Positions 1 to 10,271 of a stretch of 64,000 nucleotides of DNA are shown one piece after another; the first letter of the stretch is position 1, and every line of letters begins with the position of its first letter. This DNA comes from Nitrospirota bacterium (GTDB taxonomy: Bacteria > Nitrospirota > UBA9217): contig CAVUHW010000012.1 in NCBI GenBank assembly GCA_963741205.1, positions 89,152-153,151 of the forward strand, given 5' to 3'. The notes below the pieces were generated by a model. That model had not been told where the DNA came from, searched no databases, and saw nothing but the letters and a program-made list of their open reading frames with translations. The translations under genes and the position numbers were made by a program.

Positions 1-833
1 GTTCAGGCCCTGGATGATCGCTTTCTGCATGGTCTCCAGGCCCACGCCGGGATTGCTCATGGCATAGGTGATGCGGGACATCACGTCCTCGCCGTAGGGC
101 ACCTGGGGGTTCATCATGGACTCGGTGTTCACCACCTTGCCGGTGTTCAGGTCCGTCAGGTAGCCCACGCAGGTCGTCGTGCCGATGTCCACGGCAAGCC
201 CGTAGCTCTCCTCGACGAACCCCGGCTCCGCCTTGATGATCTCCTTGTCCATCCAGACGGTGACCGTGGCCTTCCATCCGCCTTTGCGAATCACGTCCTG
301 GAGGTCCTTCAAGACCAGATAATCGAAGGTGAGGCCCTTGAGCCCGTAGTCGTCCTCAAGGAACTTCAGGACCCGTTCCCAGTCCCCGGTCGTCATGTCG
401 TGGAGCGTGGGAGGGGTGAGCTCGACGTTGTATTTTTTCACGGCCGGATCGAGCTTGATCGTGAGCTCTTTGGCCGCCTTCCGGACGACCTGCTTGCCCG
501 CGCGGGAACGCTCGGGCACGAAGACCTTGATGTCGCCCCGGATCTCGCTCTGGCAGGACAGTCTGATGCCGGGCCCGTCCTGGGGCTTGATGTGCTTCAT
601 CTCGTCGGGCGACGGCACGGCAGGGGAGAGTGGGCCATGCCCGAATCGATGTTGTCCTTCTCGAAATAGCCTTCTTCGATCCTTACCTTGCACTTTCCGC
701 AGACTTTTTTATTGCCGCAGAGCGCTTCGATATCAACGCCCAGGGCCTGGGCGGCCTCGAGGATGGTCTTGCCTTCCTCGATCTCGCCGCGCCTGCCCGC
801 AGGCTGAAATATGACCTTGTGTTTCTTAATCAT
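1..833 (-). CDS. RACE/RamA-type ATP-dependent corrinoid reductive activator (N-terminal 2Fe-2S plus ASKHA/DUF4445); runs off the left edge; frameshift near 620
   Basis: N-terminal CGNKKVCGKC 2Fe-2S motif. The downstream frame reads GLAVDIGTTT...NPQVPYGEDVMSRI, the ASKHA RACE signature. RBS AGGAGG upstream. Confidence 0.9.
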
Positions 834-900
834 GCAATTCCTCCTAATACTAAATCATGAGAATTCACCACAGAGCACGAGGTAGCGAAAATGAGCGAAC

Positions 901-1616
901 TCAGAAGTAAGACACCTTTCTAGATTCGCGCCTCGATTCCGGGCTGATGTCTCCGTGATCTCCGCGTCTCCTGCTTCGCGATCTTTTTCGCGTTTCTCTT
1001 CTCCCATAGGGGCAGATGTTGATGCACAGCCCGCAGTTGGGTTTGCCGTCCGTGGCCCGCTTGGCCTTCTTATGACTCCTGCAGGCGTCGAGCCTCACGA
1101 GCTCCACAAAGGGAAGGGACCGGGACCATTCCGCGCCCGTGATCGCCTTCGACGGACAGTAGTCCACGCAGAGCGAGCAACTCGCCGCACAGACTGTGTT
1201 CGATCGGCGCGTCCGGCTCGAAGCGGCGCGTCGGTCAGCACCGTGCCAGGGACAGCCGCGGGCCGTAGTCGGGGCTGATGAGGAGCCCGTTCTTCCCGAT
1301 CCAGCCCAGCCCCGCGGAGGTGGCCGCCATCTTGTGGTTGAACAGCGAGTAGAGCTTCGAAATGAACGTGCCCTTCTTCCGGTCCGAGTCCGGCGGGATG
1401 GCCAGCGTGCGGTACCCCCGGGATTTCAGGAACCGCACGGCGCGCTTCTGGAGCTTCATGAGGAGGCTCAAGCGTGTCCTCATTCAGCCTGCGGTCCACG
1501 CCGATGGACACGGCCTGCTCCAGATGGGCGATCTCGCCGCTCATATGGCCCCGGAGACCGGCAAACCCGACGACGTCGGCGCCGTGGTCCAGCAGCTCTT
1601 TCCTGAGCGAGGTTCT

Positions 1617-1620
<4 letters not shown>
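901..1620 (-). CDS. QueG/reductive-dehalogenase-like 2x[4Fe-4S] protein, probably cobalamin-binding (frameshifted)
   Basis: Joined frames give GADVVGFA...HKMAATSAGLGWIGKNGLLISPDYGPRL...TVLTDAPL...CSLCVDYCP...C...CGLCINICPYG. Confidence 0.8.
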
Positions 1621-2313
<693 letters not shown>

Positions 2314-2317
2314 GGGA

Positions 2318-3345
2318 TTACCTCCTGTAATTTCTGACTTCATCCATCATCGCCTTGAAATTTTCGGCCGGCACCGTGGGCCAGATGTCGCACCCGGGCC
2401 AGACCGCGCTCACGCCGTCGTCCATGCATTTCTTGACGGTCTGGCGCACGAGGTCCGGCGTTCCCGCCACCAGCACATTGTAGGGGTCGTAGTTCCCGAA
2501 GACGAGCGCCTTGGGGCCGAGCTTCTTGCGCGTCTCGGCGACGTCGTTCTTCTGGTCCACGCTGATCGCCTTCGCGCCGCTCTCGGCCATGAAGGGAACG
2601 ATGTCGTTCGTCTTGCCGCAGATGTGGATCGCGCTCGGCACGGTGATCTTCTCGAAGATCTTCTTGAGGTAGGGCAGGATGAGGCTCTTGAACACGCGGG
2701 GGCAGAGCACGTCGGAAGTCGCGCCCATCTCCCTGACGGTGATGTAGTCCACGCCGGCCTTCTGGTACTCCCCTGCCACCTGGATGATCACGTCCGTCAG
2801 CTGGTCGAGCAATTTCCCGATCTTGTCCGGCTTCTTGAAGGACAGCTTCAGGAGGTCGTTCAGCTCCATGATCTGGCCCGCGAGCGTGAAGGGACCGAGC
2901 ACGTAGGAGCCCACGGCCGCCTCGCCGCCGATGTCCTTCTTGATCAGCTTGATCGCCTCGACCATGAGCGGCACCCTGCCCCGCTTGGTGAGGTCGGACG
3001 GGATGGAGAGCTCCATCTCGGCCTCGTTGTGGATCAGCTTTTTCTTGATCGTGGGGTACAGCAGGTCCTCGGAATGGGCATACACATTGATCTCGCACCC
3101 CATGGCCTCGGCCTCGATGCAGAGGTCGAAGGGCGCGACCGCGCATTCGAACCCGAACAGCTTGTACGTAGTAGCCGCCGCCGCGGCCATCATCTTTGCG
3201 TCAAGGTGCGTTGCCGCGAATTCTGGTTCAGCGATTTCAGCCCCTCGGTGGTCACGTTGCCCATGCCGCTGAAGCACGGCGGCCGGTCCACTTCCTCGCC
3301 GGCGAACATCTTCAGCACCCGTTCTCTTGAATTCATTGTTGTCAT
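2318..3345 (-). CDS. MtaA/CmuA (URO-D fold) Zn-dependent methyltransferase, copy 1
   Basis: IEAEAMGC, GPFTLA, HICG and PGCDI give the H-x-C...C Zn ligands. The likely N-terminus MTTMNSRERVL is in another frame. Confidence 0.9.
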
Positions 3346-3479
3346 GCAATCTCCTTCCTGATACGAAAATAAAATTTATTGTAAATTGCAGATTGAAAGT
3401 TGGAATTACATTTTCAGAGATTCAGTTTTGTAAAATTCAATTTCGAATACTCCGCTATTCAATCGGCGTCTGTCAGCGC

Positions 3480-4426
3480 CTACTTTCTCGCTGCTCCCGA
3501 GGTCAATTTTCCCAGGAAATCCGAAAAATACTTCTTGATCGGCAGATTGGGATTGTCCGATATCTTATGCGTCTCGTCATACACCAGCGTGGAAAGCAGG
3601 ACATGCGCCGCCGCCACTGCCGGGATGATCCGCGGCATCGTTACGATGGGGCCGCAGAAATTGAAATCGCTCCACAGCGCCGAAGCCATGCCCTGGACCA
3701 CGGCGTCCATGGCCTTGAACCCGTCGAGGCTCCAGATGGTCTTCGCCTCCTTCCACATGTGCGTGCCGTTCGAGTAGGCGCCGCCGCAGGGGAGCCCCAG
3801 CTTCTCCTTGATCATCCGGTTGGCGACGAGCGAGAACGACGTGGCGGGCAGGTTCATGACCGAGGTGTCGACGATGACGGTTTCGAAGCTGTCGGCGCCC
3901 TGGCGAGGATGTTCTCCAGGGACTTGAGCCGGCCGGCGGGCGACTGGTCCTGTCGTCGAAGGCCTGTACCACGACGTGCTTGATCCCGAGGTCTTTGAGC
4001 TTCTGGACCTGGCCCTTGATGTCCTTGTCCCAGGGGGTGATGCTGTTGTACAGGAACTTGTCCTGCAGTCCCAGCTTGGCGACATATTCCGTTGCCTGCG
4101 CGCGTTTTTCCGCGACCCACATGTCGATGCCGAAGGGCATGGTCGGTCGTCTCGCGGTAAAAGTCGATGTAGATCTTCGCCTCTTCCGGCGAGTTGGCGA
4201 CCATGGCCACCATGGACGGGATGCCGGTGGAGGCCGAAAGCTGCTCCATCGTTTTGATGAGTTCCGCGGCCTTCGCGCGGTCGAAATTCCCTTTCCGGTC
4301 GGTCACGATCCGGTCCTTGTTGTGGAACATGGACGCGATCTGAAGCGGCGGATTTTCGCCCGGCTGCCCGCCGACCTTGATCCCGCCAGAGTTGAATGTC
4401 TTTTGATCTTTTTTAAATTGAAACAT
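3480..4426 (-). CDS. MtrH/CmuB/MtgA-like methylcorrinoid:tetrahydrofolate(pterin) methyltransferase (frameshifted)
   Basis: MFQFKKDQKTF..GGIKVGGQPGENP is the typical MtrH N-terminus; also YNSI and IKEKLGLPCGGAYSN. Confidence 0.88.
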
Positions 4427-4518
4427 TTACCGTCCTCGCATTATGCCGCCATTCCGGACTTGATCGGGGAATGACCGATAAGAATAGTCTGAGCAAGAGA
4501 GTAACGAATTATGAGTCC

Positions 4519-4554
4519 AAAAAAACGGGGGAGCCATTCGAAACGCTCCCCCGT
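4519..4554 (-). terminator. Rho-independent terminator after the CMD gene
   Basis: ACGGGGGAGC...GCTCCCCCGT stem followed by a T run on the minus strand. Confidence 0.8.
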
Positions 4555-4567
4555 CGATAGTTCATGG

Positions 4568-5010
4568 TTAGAACACGCCGTGGTCGAACTTGGGCTGCGG
4601 CAGGTACTCCCACTTCTCGCCCTTGCGGAACTTGGCTTCGATATCGAGGCACTTCAGGGCATACTCGAAGGCGTAGGGGATGCCGGGTCCGCCGGGCACG
4701 AAGCCGCCGAGGATCATGCCGACCGAGGCGGCCTCGAAGATCTCGCCCGTGGTCGCGCCCGCGTTGATCGCGGGATCACATGGATGATGCAGCGCGGCGA
4801 GCAATAGGCGACGCCGCCGGACATGAACATCAGCTCCTTGTACTTGCGGGAAAGGGCGCCGTCGCCGAAGATGCTCGCGTAGAAATCGGCGAAGGTCCTG
4901 CCCGGTTCGGGCGTGACGGTGTTGATGATCTGGAACATGCGGGGAACGAAACCGCACTGCTTCTTCATGTAGTCGTTCACTTCTTCCAACGTCATTTTCT
5001 TGTCAGCCAT
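4568..5010 (-). CDS. Carboxymuconolactone decarboxylase/AhpD-family protein (frameshifted; alternative GTG start at 5085)
   Basis: GALSRKYKELM...YCSPRCIIH...AINAGATTGEIFEA. Confidence 0.8.
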
Positions 5011-5130
5011 TTTTGTTCCCTCCCCTTGCCCGGATGCGCTCTGCGCCCGGGAAAACAGTTTTTTCAACTCCTCCAAAATACCCACTGAATCGACCTCCTT
5101 TCACGAAACCGAACCGTATCACCTCCTTCG

Positions 5131-5321
5131 TAACCACAGGCGGCTGCGCCGCACACGGTAAAGATTAAAACCAGCCCCGACGAAAGCGTTCTGCCCGAGT
5201 TATTATTATCGTGTTCATCCGCATGCACCCAGCGATTACGAGTGGCACGTAACCTGCTCTTGCGAAAGCGCGGCCATAAACGAGTGCGGGGTGTGAGTCA
5301 CGCGAAGCGGGACCCGTGGTT
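5131..5321. repeat. Dispersed MITE-like element, copy 1 (homologous to 13009-13105)
   Basis: TAACCACAGGCG...GCACACGGTAAA...CGTGTTCAT...GCGAAGCGGGACCCGTGGTT, with AACCAC/GTGGTT terminal inverted repeats. Confidence 0.65.
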
Positions 5322-5325
5322 GCAA

Positions 5326-6363
5326 TCACAGTTTCCACTCCAGCGCCACGTCGTGGAACTTCCGGAGATTCTCGTAGGGAATCGTCGGCGGGATGTCGCA
5401 CCCGGGCACCAGGATGAACCCGCCGTCCTTGCCGGCGACCTCGATGACCTCGCGGCAGGCCTTCTCCACCCCCGCGACGTCCTGGTTGAGCAACACGTGC
5501 ACCGGCGCGACGTTGCCCCCGAAGCTCATCTTCCCCTGCAGCGCCTCCTTGGCCTTGGCGATGTCCACCTTCTGGTCGAAGAAGATCGTGCTCGCCCCCG
5601 TGAGCGGGAACAGATCCAGCCGGTCGCTGGTGTTCCCGCAGATGTGCAGGATCGAGTGCACGCCCTTGCCCTTGGCCCAGCCGGTGAGCTTCTTCAGGCC
5701 CGGCACCGCGAAGCGCTCCATCTGCTTCTTGTTGATCAGATCTCCCGAGGCGGTCGGGTCAGCGATGCTGATGCACTCGAGGCCGTCCTTTACCAGCGGC
5801 TCGTAGAGGTGGATCAGCAGGTCGGCGCAGAAATCGACCATCTTCTCGACGAACGCCGGCTTCTTGAAGGTCGCCTTCATGAACTGCTCCTCGCCGACGA
5901 AGCGCGCCGCAAGGGTGAACGGCCCCCAGCAGGTCATCGTCACGAGGTAGGTGTCGCCGATCTTCTCCCGGACGCGCCGGGTCGCCTCGAGCACCGTCTG
6001 GACGACCGGCTCGCGGTGGACGTCGGCGATGTCGAGCTTCGCCAGGTCCTCCTCGGAGTTGACGAAGTGGGTGGTCATGTCGGGAGCGCCCATCTCGCGG
6101 TACTTGATCCCGACCCCGAAGGCCTTGCCGAGCGCCGAGGCGTGGAAGTTGTTGAAGCCCGAGCCGACGTAGACGACGTCGCTTCGGATTCGCGCCGCCT
6201 CCGCCACGCACATATCGGTCATCTTCTGCGGATCGTGGGCGAGCGCCTCGAAGGTCGTCCCGAAGTCCTTGATCGACCACATCCCCGCGCCGAAGAGGGT
6301 CACGGGAATCCGGTCGCCCTTGCCGCCCTCAAATGCCTTGAGTATCACTTCCTTCGGTTTCAT
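5326..6363 (-). CDS. MtaA/CmuA (URO-D fold) methyltransferase, copy 2
   Basis: Intact ORF with WGPFTLA, ADPTASGDLI, HICG and PGCDI. Confidence 0.9.
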   Translation of the reverse strand: MKPKEVILKAFEGGKGDRIPVTLFGAGMWSIKDFGTTFEALAHDPQKMTDMCVAEAARIRSDVVYVGSGFNNFHASALGKAFGVGIKYREMGAPDMTTHFVNSEEDLAKLDIADVHREPVVQTVLEATRRVREKIGDTYLVTMTCWGPFTLAARFVGEEQFMKATFKKPAFVEKMVDFCADLLIHLYEPLVKDGLECISIADPTASGDLINKKQMERFAVPGLKKLTGWAKGKGVHSILHICGNTSDRLDLFPLTGASTIFFDQKVDIAKAKEALQGKMSFGGNVAPVHVLLNQDVAGVEKACREVIEVAGKDGGFILVPGCDIPPTIPYENLRKFHDVALEWKL

Positions 6364-6485
6364 AGCATCTCCCTTCATGAATAAAGTAGAATCAAACCTT
6401 CAGCCCGCTTGGGGCCGCCATCATTTAATGTAGCACAAATAGAGTTCCTGCGTGTATGGGCTGACAGCAACGGTCCTAATGGGCT

Positions 6486-6813
6486 TCAGACTGCGATACT
6501 GTGGATCGTGTGCTTGAACTCTTCGAGATCAACGGGCGTCTCGACGGACGGCACATCCGCATCGACTGCCGCCCCCCACGACGAGCGTGGGCGTGCCCGG
6601 CGACACGGCCTTGATGATCTCCACCGCGTCCTCGGCGGACAGGCCGAAGGGCTCCGAATCGATGATGACGAAATCATATTTCCCGAACAGGACCTTTTGA
6701 ACGGCGAGGGAGGGATGCTCGACGATTTCCACGTTGTAGCCTTCCTCGCGAAGGACACAGTAGAGGCTCTTGACCAGAATGGGATTGGAGGAACAGAGAA
6801 TGATGTTCTTCAT
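6486..6813 (-). CDS. Stand-alone atypical receiver (REC) domain protein (frameshifted)
   Basis: REC-like pattern (YDFVIIDSE, TPTLVV, PVDLEEF). The acidic pocket is replaced by CSS and the conserved Lys is not seen. Confidence 0.65.
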
Positions 6814-6827
6814 GGCAGGGATTTAAC

Positions 6828-6843
6828 TGCATTTGCGATGCCA
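6828..6843 (-). promoter_or_regulatory. Putative sigma54 -24/-12 promoter
   Basis: TGGCATCGCAAATGCA (GG-N10-GC) just upstream of the REC gene that heads the cassette. Confidence 0.5.
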
Positions 6844-7082
6844 GGCAGTTGAGACGGTCGGTTCCGGCGCAGAAAGAGCAGGTGTGAATTGTTATTCGGG
6901 CAGTACCTGAAGATCGCGGTCCGGAGAACTTGTTTCCAGGCAGGATGGATTCTCCGGAATTTCAGATAGTTTCCGTCTCTTTTATATATGAGCAGTTCCG
7001 GCAGGGCATCAGGGCAGTCGGGACAAGACCCGGCACCGGCAGGCGCGGCGATTAAGGACATGAATAAGAAACGTGCGGCGTC

Positions 7083-7121
7083 TGATGAAAAATGCCCCAT
7101 GATGCGGGGCATTTTTCCTCA
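7083..7121. promoter_or_regulatory. Inverted pair of possible enhancer-binding-protein sites
   Basis: TGATGAAAAATGCCCC and GGGGCATTTTTCCTCA, about 250 bp upstream of the sigma54-like promoter. Confidence 0.4.
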
Positions 7122-7187
7122 CGATATCGGAGGAAATGCATAGTCAGGGGCCGGCATGGCTCGCGGGCTGGTTCCCCTCAATACGAA

Positions 7188-8382
7188 TCAGTCCCTCGAG
7201 TGGCACTTGTTGCAGAGTTCCTTCTGGTAGGTGGCAAACCGGGAGCTCGGCCGGTCATAAAAGGCCCTCTGCGTCTGGGCCGCCGTTCGTCCCTGAGCAT
7301 ATCGCGCGGGCGAGCCATTATCGGTACCCGGGTAAAGGCCTTTATAAACGAGGAAAGTCGAGCTCATGTTCCATCTTGTGACCAGAGTCCCAGCCTGATG
7401 CATGCGCCCGGTGACAGGTGAGACACATCACCGTGGAATTGGAGTCGGGCCCCTGGAGATAGCTGCCATCGGTTTTTGCGTGCTGCGCGAGGATAGTTCT
7501 GTCATCGGTCCCTTCCTCGAACGGCACCAGGGACGTGTATGAAGTTTCGCTCCTGCCATTGATGTCTCCGGATTTGACGTATGTGTTGTAATTGGAAATA
7601 ATCTTCGTGGTAAATCTGGCCTGAGCTCCGGCATGATGTACGTTCCCTGTTTGACGGTTTGTATGGCAATTCGTGCACCATTCCGCCATGCCCTTGCCGT
7701 AGGCGACCCTCGTATCCGTTTGAGCCTCAGGCCTGTTGTAGTCGCGCGGGGCAACCGCAACGGGCGGATCAACCGTGAAAATCATTCCGGGGACCGAACT
7801 TGTTTTATACCCGATGCCGCCGAGCATGCGATAGGCGCTTGCCGCAGCCGGATCTTTTACGATTTTGCCGTGTGGATCATGGCAACTCGTGCAGGAAAGC
7901 CGGTCCGAGGGATAGAGACCGCTCGGCGCCGTTAAATTTGTTCTGTCGGCCTCATATCCGTAGTCAAGTGCAACGATATTATGTCCGTGACGTTCTCCAA
8001 GGCTCCTTTCCGTTTGTCCCAAAAAAGTCCAGGAGTAGGTCACCTTTAAATAGCCGAAGTCTCCGCCGGGCGTTAATTGAGAGGGCGGCGCACCTGCCCT
8101 GAGATCCTCGGTACTGGTCGCTACGTAAGAACCCGTTGGGATCCTGGTCCCCACCGGCGCCTGATGGCAGCGTAGGCAGGTAGAGCTTGCGTCAGACCGC
8201 TTTCAGGGAAGCGTTCTTATCTGCTATATGACACTCAAGGCACTCGCTGCTACTGCCCGTATGAAATGGGTCGCCGGGCTGAGATATGCTTCGCCGGGGC
8301 TGCACCAACAAATCATGACAAGACAGGTCATGATAGCAATCTCAAATACTTTAAAGCCTTTTCCCATGCCGAGCCTCTTCAT
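7188..8382 (-). CDS. OmcS-family hexaheme c-type cytochrome (frameshifted)
   Basis: Signal peptide, then FHTGSSSECLECH, SSTCLRCHQ, TPGGDFG, GERHGHNIVA, CTSCHDPHGK, RVAYGKGMAEWCTNCH, PFEEGT, CLTCHRAHASG and LCNKCHSRD. Collinear with Geobacter OmcS as recalled. Confidence 0.88.
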
Positions 8383-8659
8383 CGCTCCGTGTAGCAGGCC
8401 GGCCCTGCGCGGGGCTGCCATGCATCCCGGCGAGACCAACCCACAAAAATTAACACCTAGAATATAACACATTTCATCATGGTTTTCCCGAACAATTGAA
8501 ATGATACTATCATACCGCCAGGGTTATTGCAAACGCCGGGCTGGCGGGGGTCATCAGCCGAGTTTCTCCCCTTCGCACTCTCGGTGAACTTTTTATTAGA
8601 GTACCTGAGAAGGAATCAGAGAAGACCGATCAGCGGATGCGGGCCTGCCCTGCACAAAT

Positions 8660-8693
8660 AAAAAAGGGAGGAACCTTTCGTTCCTCCCTTTTT
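8660..8693. terminator. Bidirectional Rho-independent terminator
   Basis: AAAAAAGGGAGGAAC-CTTTC-GTTCCTCCCTTTTT. Confidence 0.85.
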
Positions 8694-8715
8694 GTTCTTT
8701 GTTCCGAAGCCGCGA

Positions 8716-9951
8716 TTAATGCGCGGATGCCGAAGCCTTTTCCGCCCTCAGCTTTGCCGCCTCATCCTTGATTTTCTGGAGTGTCTCCTTCATCGGCGCC
8801 CAGCCGTACCAGTGCATGTAATCGGGGTTCATGTGGAAGGCCCCCTCGAAGGCCCGCATCCGGTACTCGAGGAACATTACATAGAGGTCCTGCTCAACGG
8901 AGCTCTTTGCCTCGTAGAACTGCAGAAGATCGGGGGCCGTGGTCCAGTCCGCCGGCTTCGAGAGCACGCCGTCCTTGTACAGGCCCTGCACCACCCTGAT
9001 CGCCTCGGCCATGACCTTGTCCGCTTCCTTCACCACGAGGTCCGCCTCGTCGAGCTGTTTTTTCGCATAGCCGGCGCCGTGGCACTTGGCGCAGATCGAG
9101 ATCATCTTGTCTCGCTCCTTCTGGAACTCTTCCTTGGTAAGCCGGGCGACCCTGCCCGCCTTCACGAGGTCGAGCCGGGCCGTGGGATTGCCCTTGTCGT
9201 CGAGCACGCCCAGGGCCTGCAGGATCGAGACGCGGTCGTTCAGCCAGTCTTTGTCGTCCTCAGGCAGACGGAGGGCAAGAAAGCCCCATGAGGTGATCAC
9301 GTTGTGGTCGCCGCCGCTCATATGGCAGGTCTGGCAGGTGGGCGCGCGTTTGCTGTCCTTGCCTTCGATCTGCCAGATGGTGCCGTGCTTGGACGTCGAC
9401 CACATCTCCCACTGGGGATGGTCGAAGCCCATGTGGCAGGTCTGGCAGGCGCGCGGGTCCTGGGCCTCGGACTTCTTGAAAGAATGCCTGGTGTGGCATG
9501 AGTCGCATTGGGCATGGCCGTAGCGGATCTGCGATTTTTCCGTGTCGGACTTGGCGCCGATCTTGTGGCAGCTCGAGCAGCCTTTGTATCCCTCGCCGGC
9601 AACGGCCCTGGGCTGGTGGCCCATCATGGGCATGGAGCTCGAAGCTATCCAGGCGAGGTTGTGCTTGCCCGCCTTGAACTGGTCCGCCTGCTTGTTGTGG
9701 CAGCGGGCGCAGGTTTCCGGCGTCGGCATCTGCGCGAGTTTCGCGTCGTCCATCTTCATGTGGGCCGAGCCGTGGCAGGCCGAGCAGTCGATGCCTTTTT
9801 TCCCCATCTTTCCCTCGAGGTGCTGCTGTACGATGCCGGGCGTCACCTTCTTGTGACACTCGACGCAGGCGCTCTGTTTCGGCGCAGCCGACGCTGCCAT
9901 GCCGAAGAGCAGAACAATACCGAATACGAACAAAATCCTGAGCTGCTTCAT
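8716..9951 (-). CDS. Octaheme hydroxylamine-oxidoreductase (HAO)-like cytochrome c
   Basis: Signal peptide and 8 CxxCH motifs; HAO-family motifs CDSCHTRH, CHMGFDHPQWEMWSTSKHG and FHMNPDYMHWYG. Confidence 0.88.
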   Translation of the reverse strand: MKQLRILFVFGIVLLFGMAASAAPKQSACVECHKKVTPGIVQQHLEGKMGKKGIDCSACHGSAHMKMDDAKLAQMPTPETCARCHNKQADQFKAGKHNLAWIASSSMPMMGHQPRAVAGEGYKGCSSCHKIGAKSDTEKSQIRYGHAQCDSCHTRHSFKKSEAQDPRACQTCHMGFDHPQWEMWSTSKHGTIWQIEGKDSKRAPTCQTCHMSGGDHNVITSWGFLALRLPEDDKDWLNDRVSILQALGVLDDKGNPTARLDLVKAGRVARLTKEEFQKERDKMISICAKCHGAGYAKKQLDEADLVVKEADKVMAEAIRVVQGLYKDGVLSKPADWTTAPDLLQFYEAKSSVEQDLYVMFLEYRMRAFEGAFHMNPDYMHWYGWAPMKETLQKIKDEAAKLRAEKASASAH

Positions 9952-10095
9952 GCTGTGTTTCCTCCTTTTGGTTTTATGATTTCAATCAAGGCACATAGGG
10001 ATCAATTCGCGGCGCTTGCATGTCGCAAGCAGCATTAACAGTGTAGCGCGTTTTTTACCGAACTGCGGGACGGGATGATTTGCATGAACCGTCAT

Positions 10096-10138
10096 ACTCT
10101 ATAGGAAGGCGGACAAAACAGGTATGATACGGATCATA
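10096..10138 (-). promoter_or_regulatory. CRP/FNR-family (HcpR-like) operator with -10 box, facing the HAO-like gene
   Basis: TATGA-TACGGA-TCATA at 10123-10138. Minus-strand TAGAGT at 10101-10096, the same spacing as at hcp. Confidence 0.6.
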
Positions 10139-10271
10139 TTCCTGAGGGTTGGTGTTCTGGTTTGGACGGGGGATATTTTTTATATTACATTTTTCCGGTG
10201 ATGCAGTACAATGTGCATTGAGGCGCCATGGGTGGTGTTGGCGATATCATCACTGAGGGGCCGGGGAAGGT

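Noticed and set aside
3346-3479. Cobalamin riboswitch in the methyltransferase cassette
   Set aside because: The spacer is AT-rich with no B12 box; it is probably just an internal promoter region.
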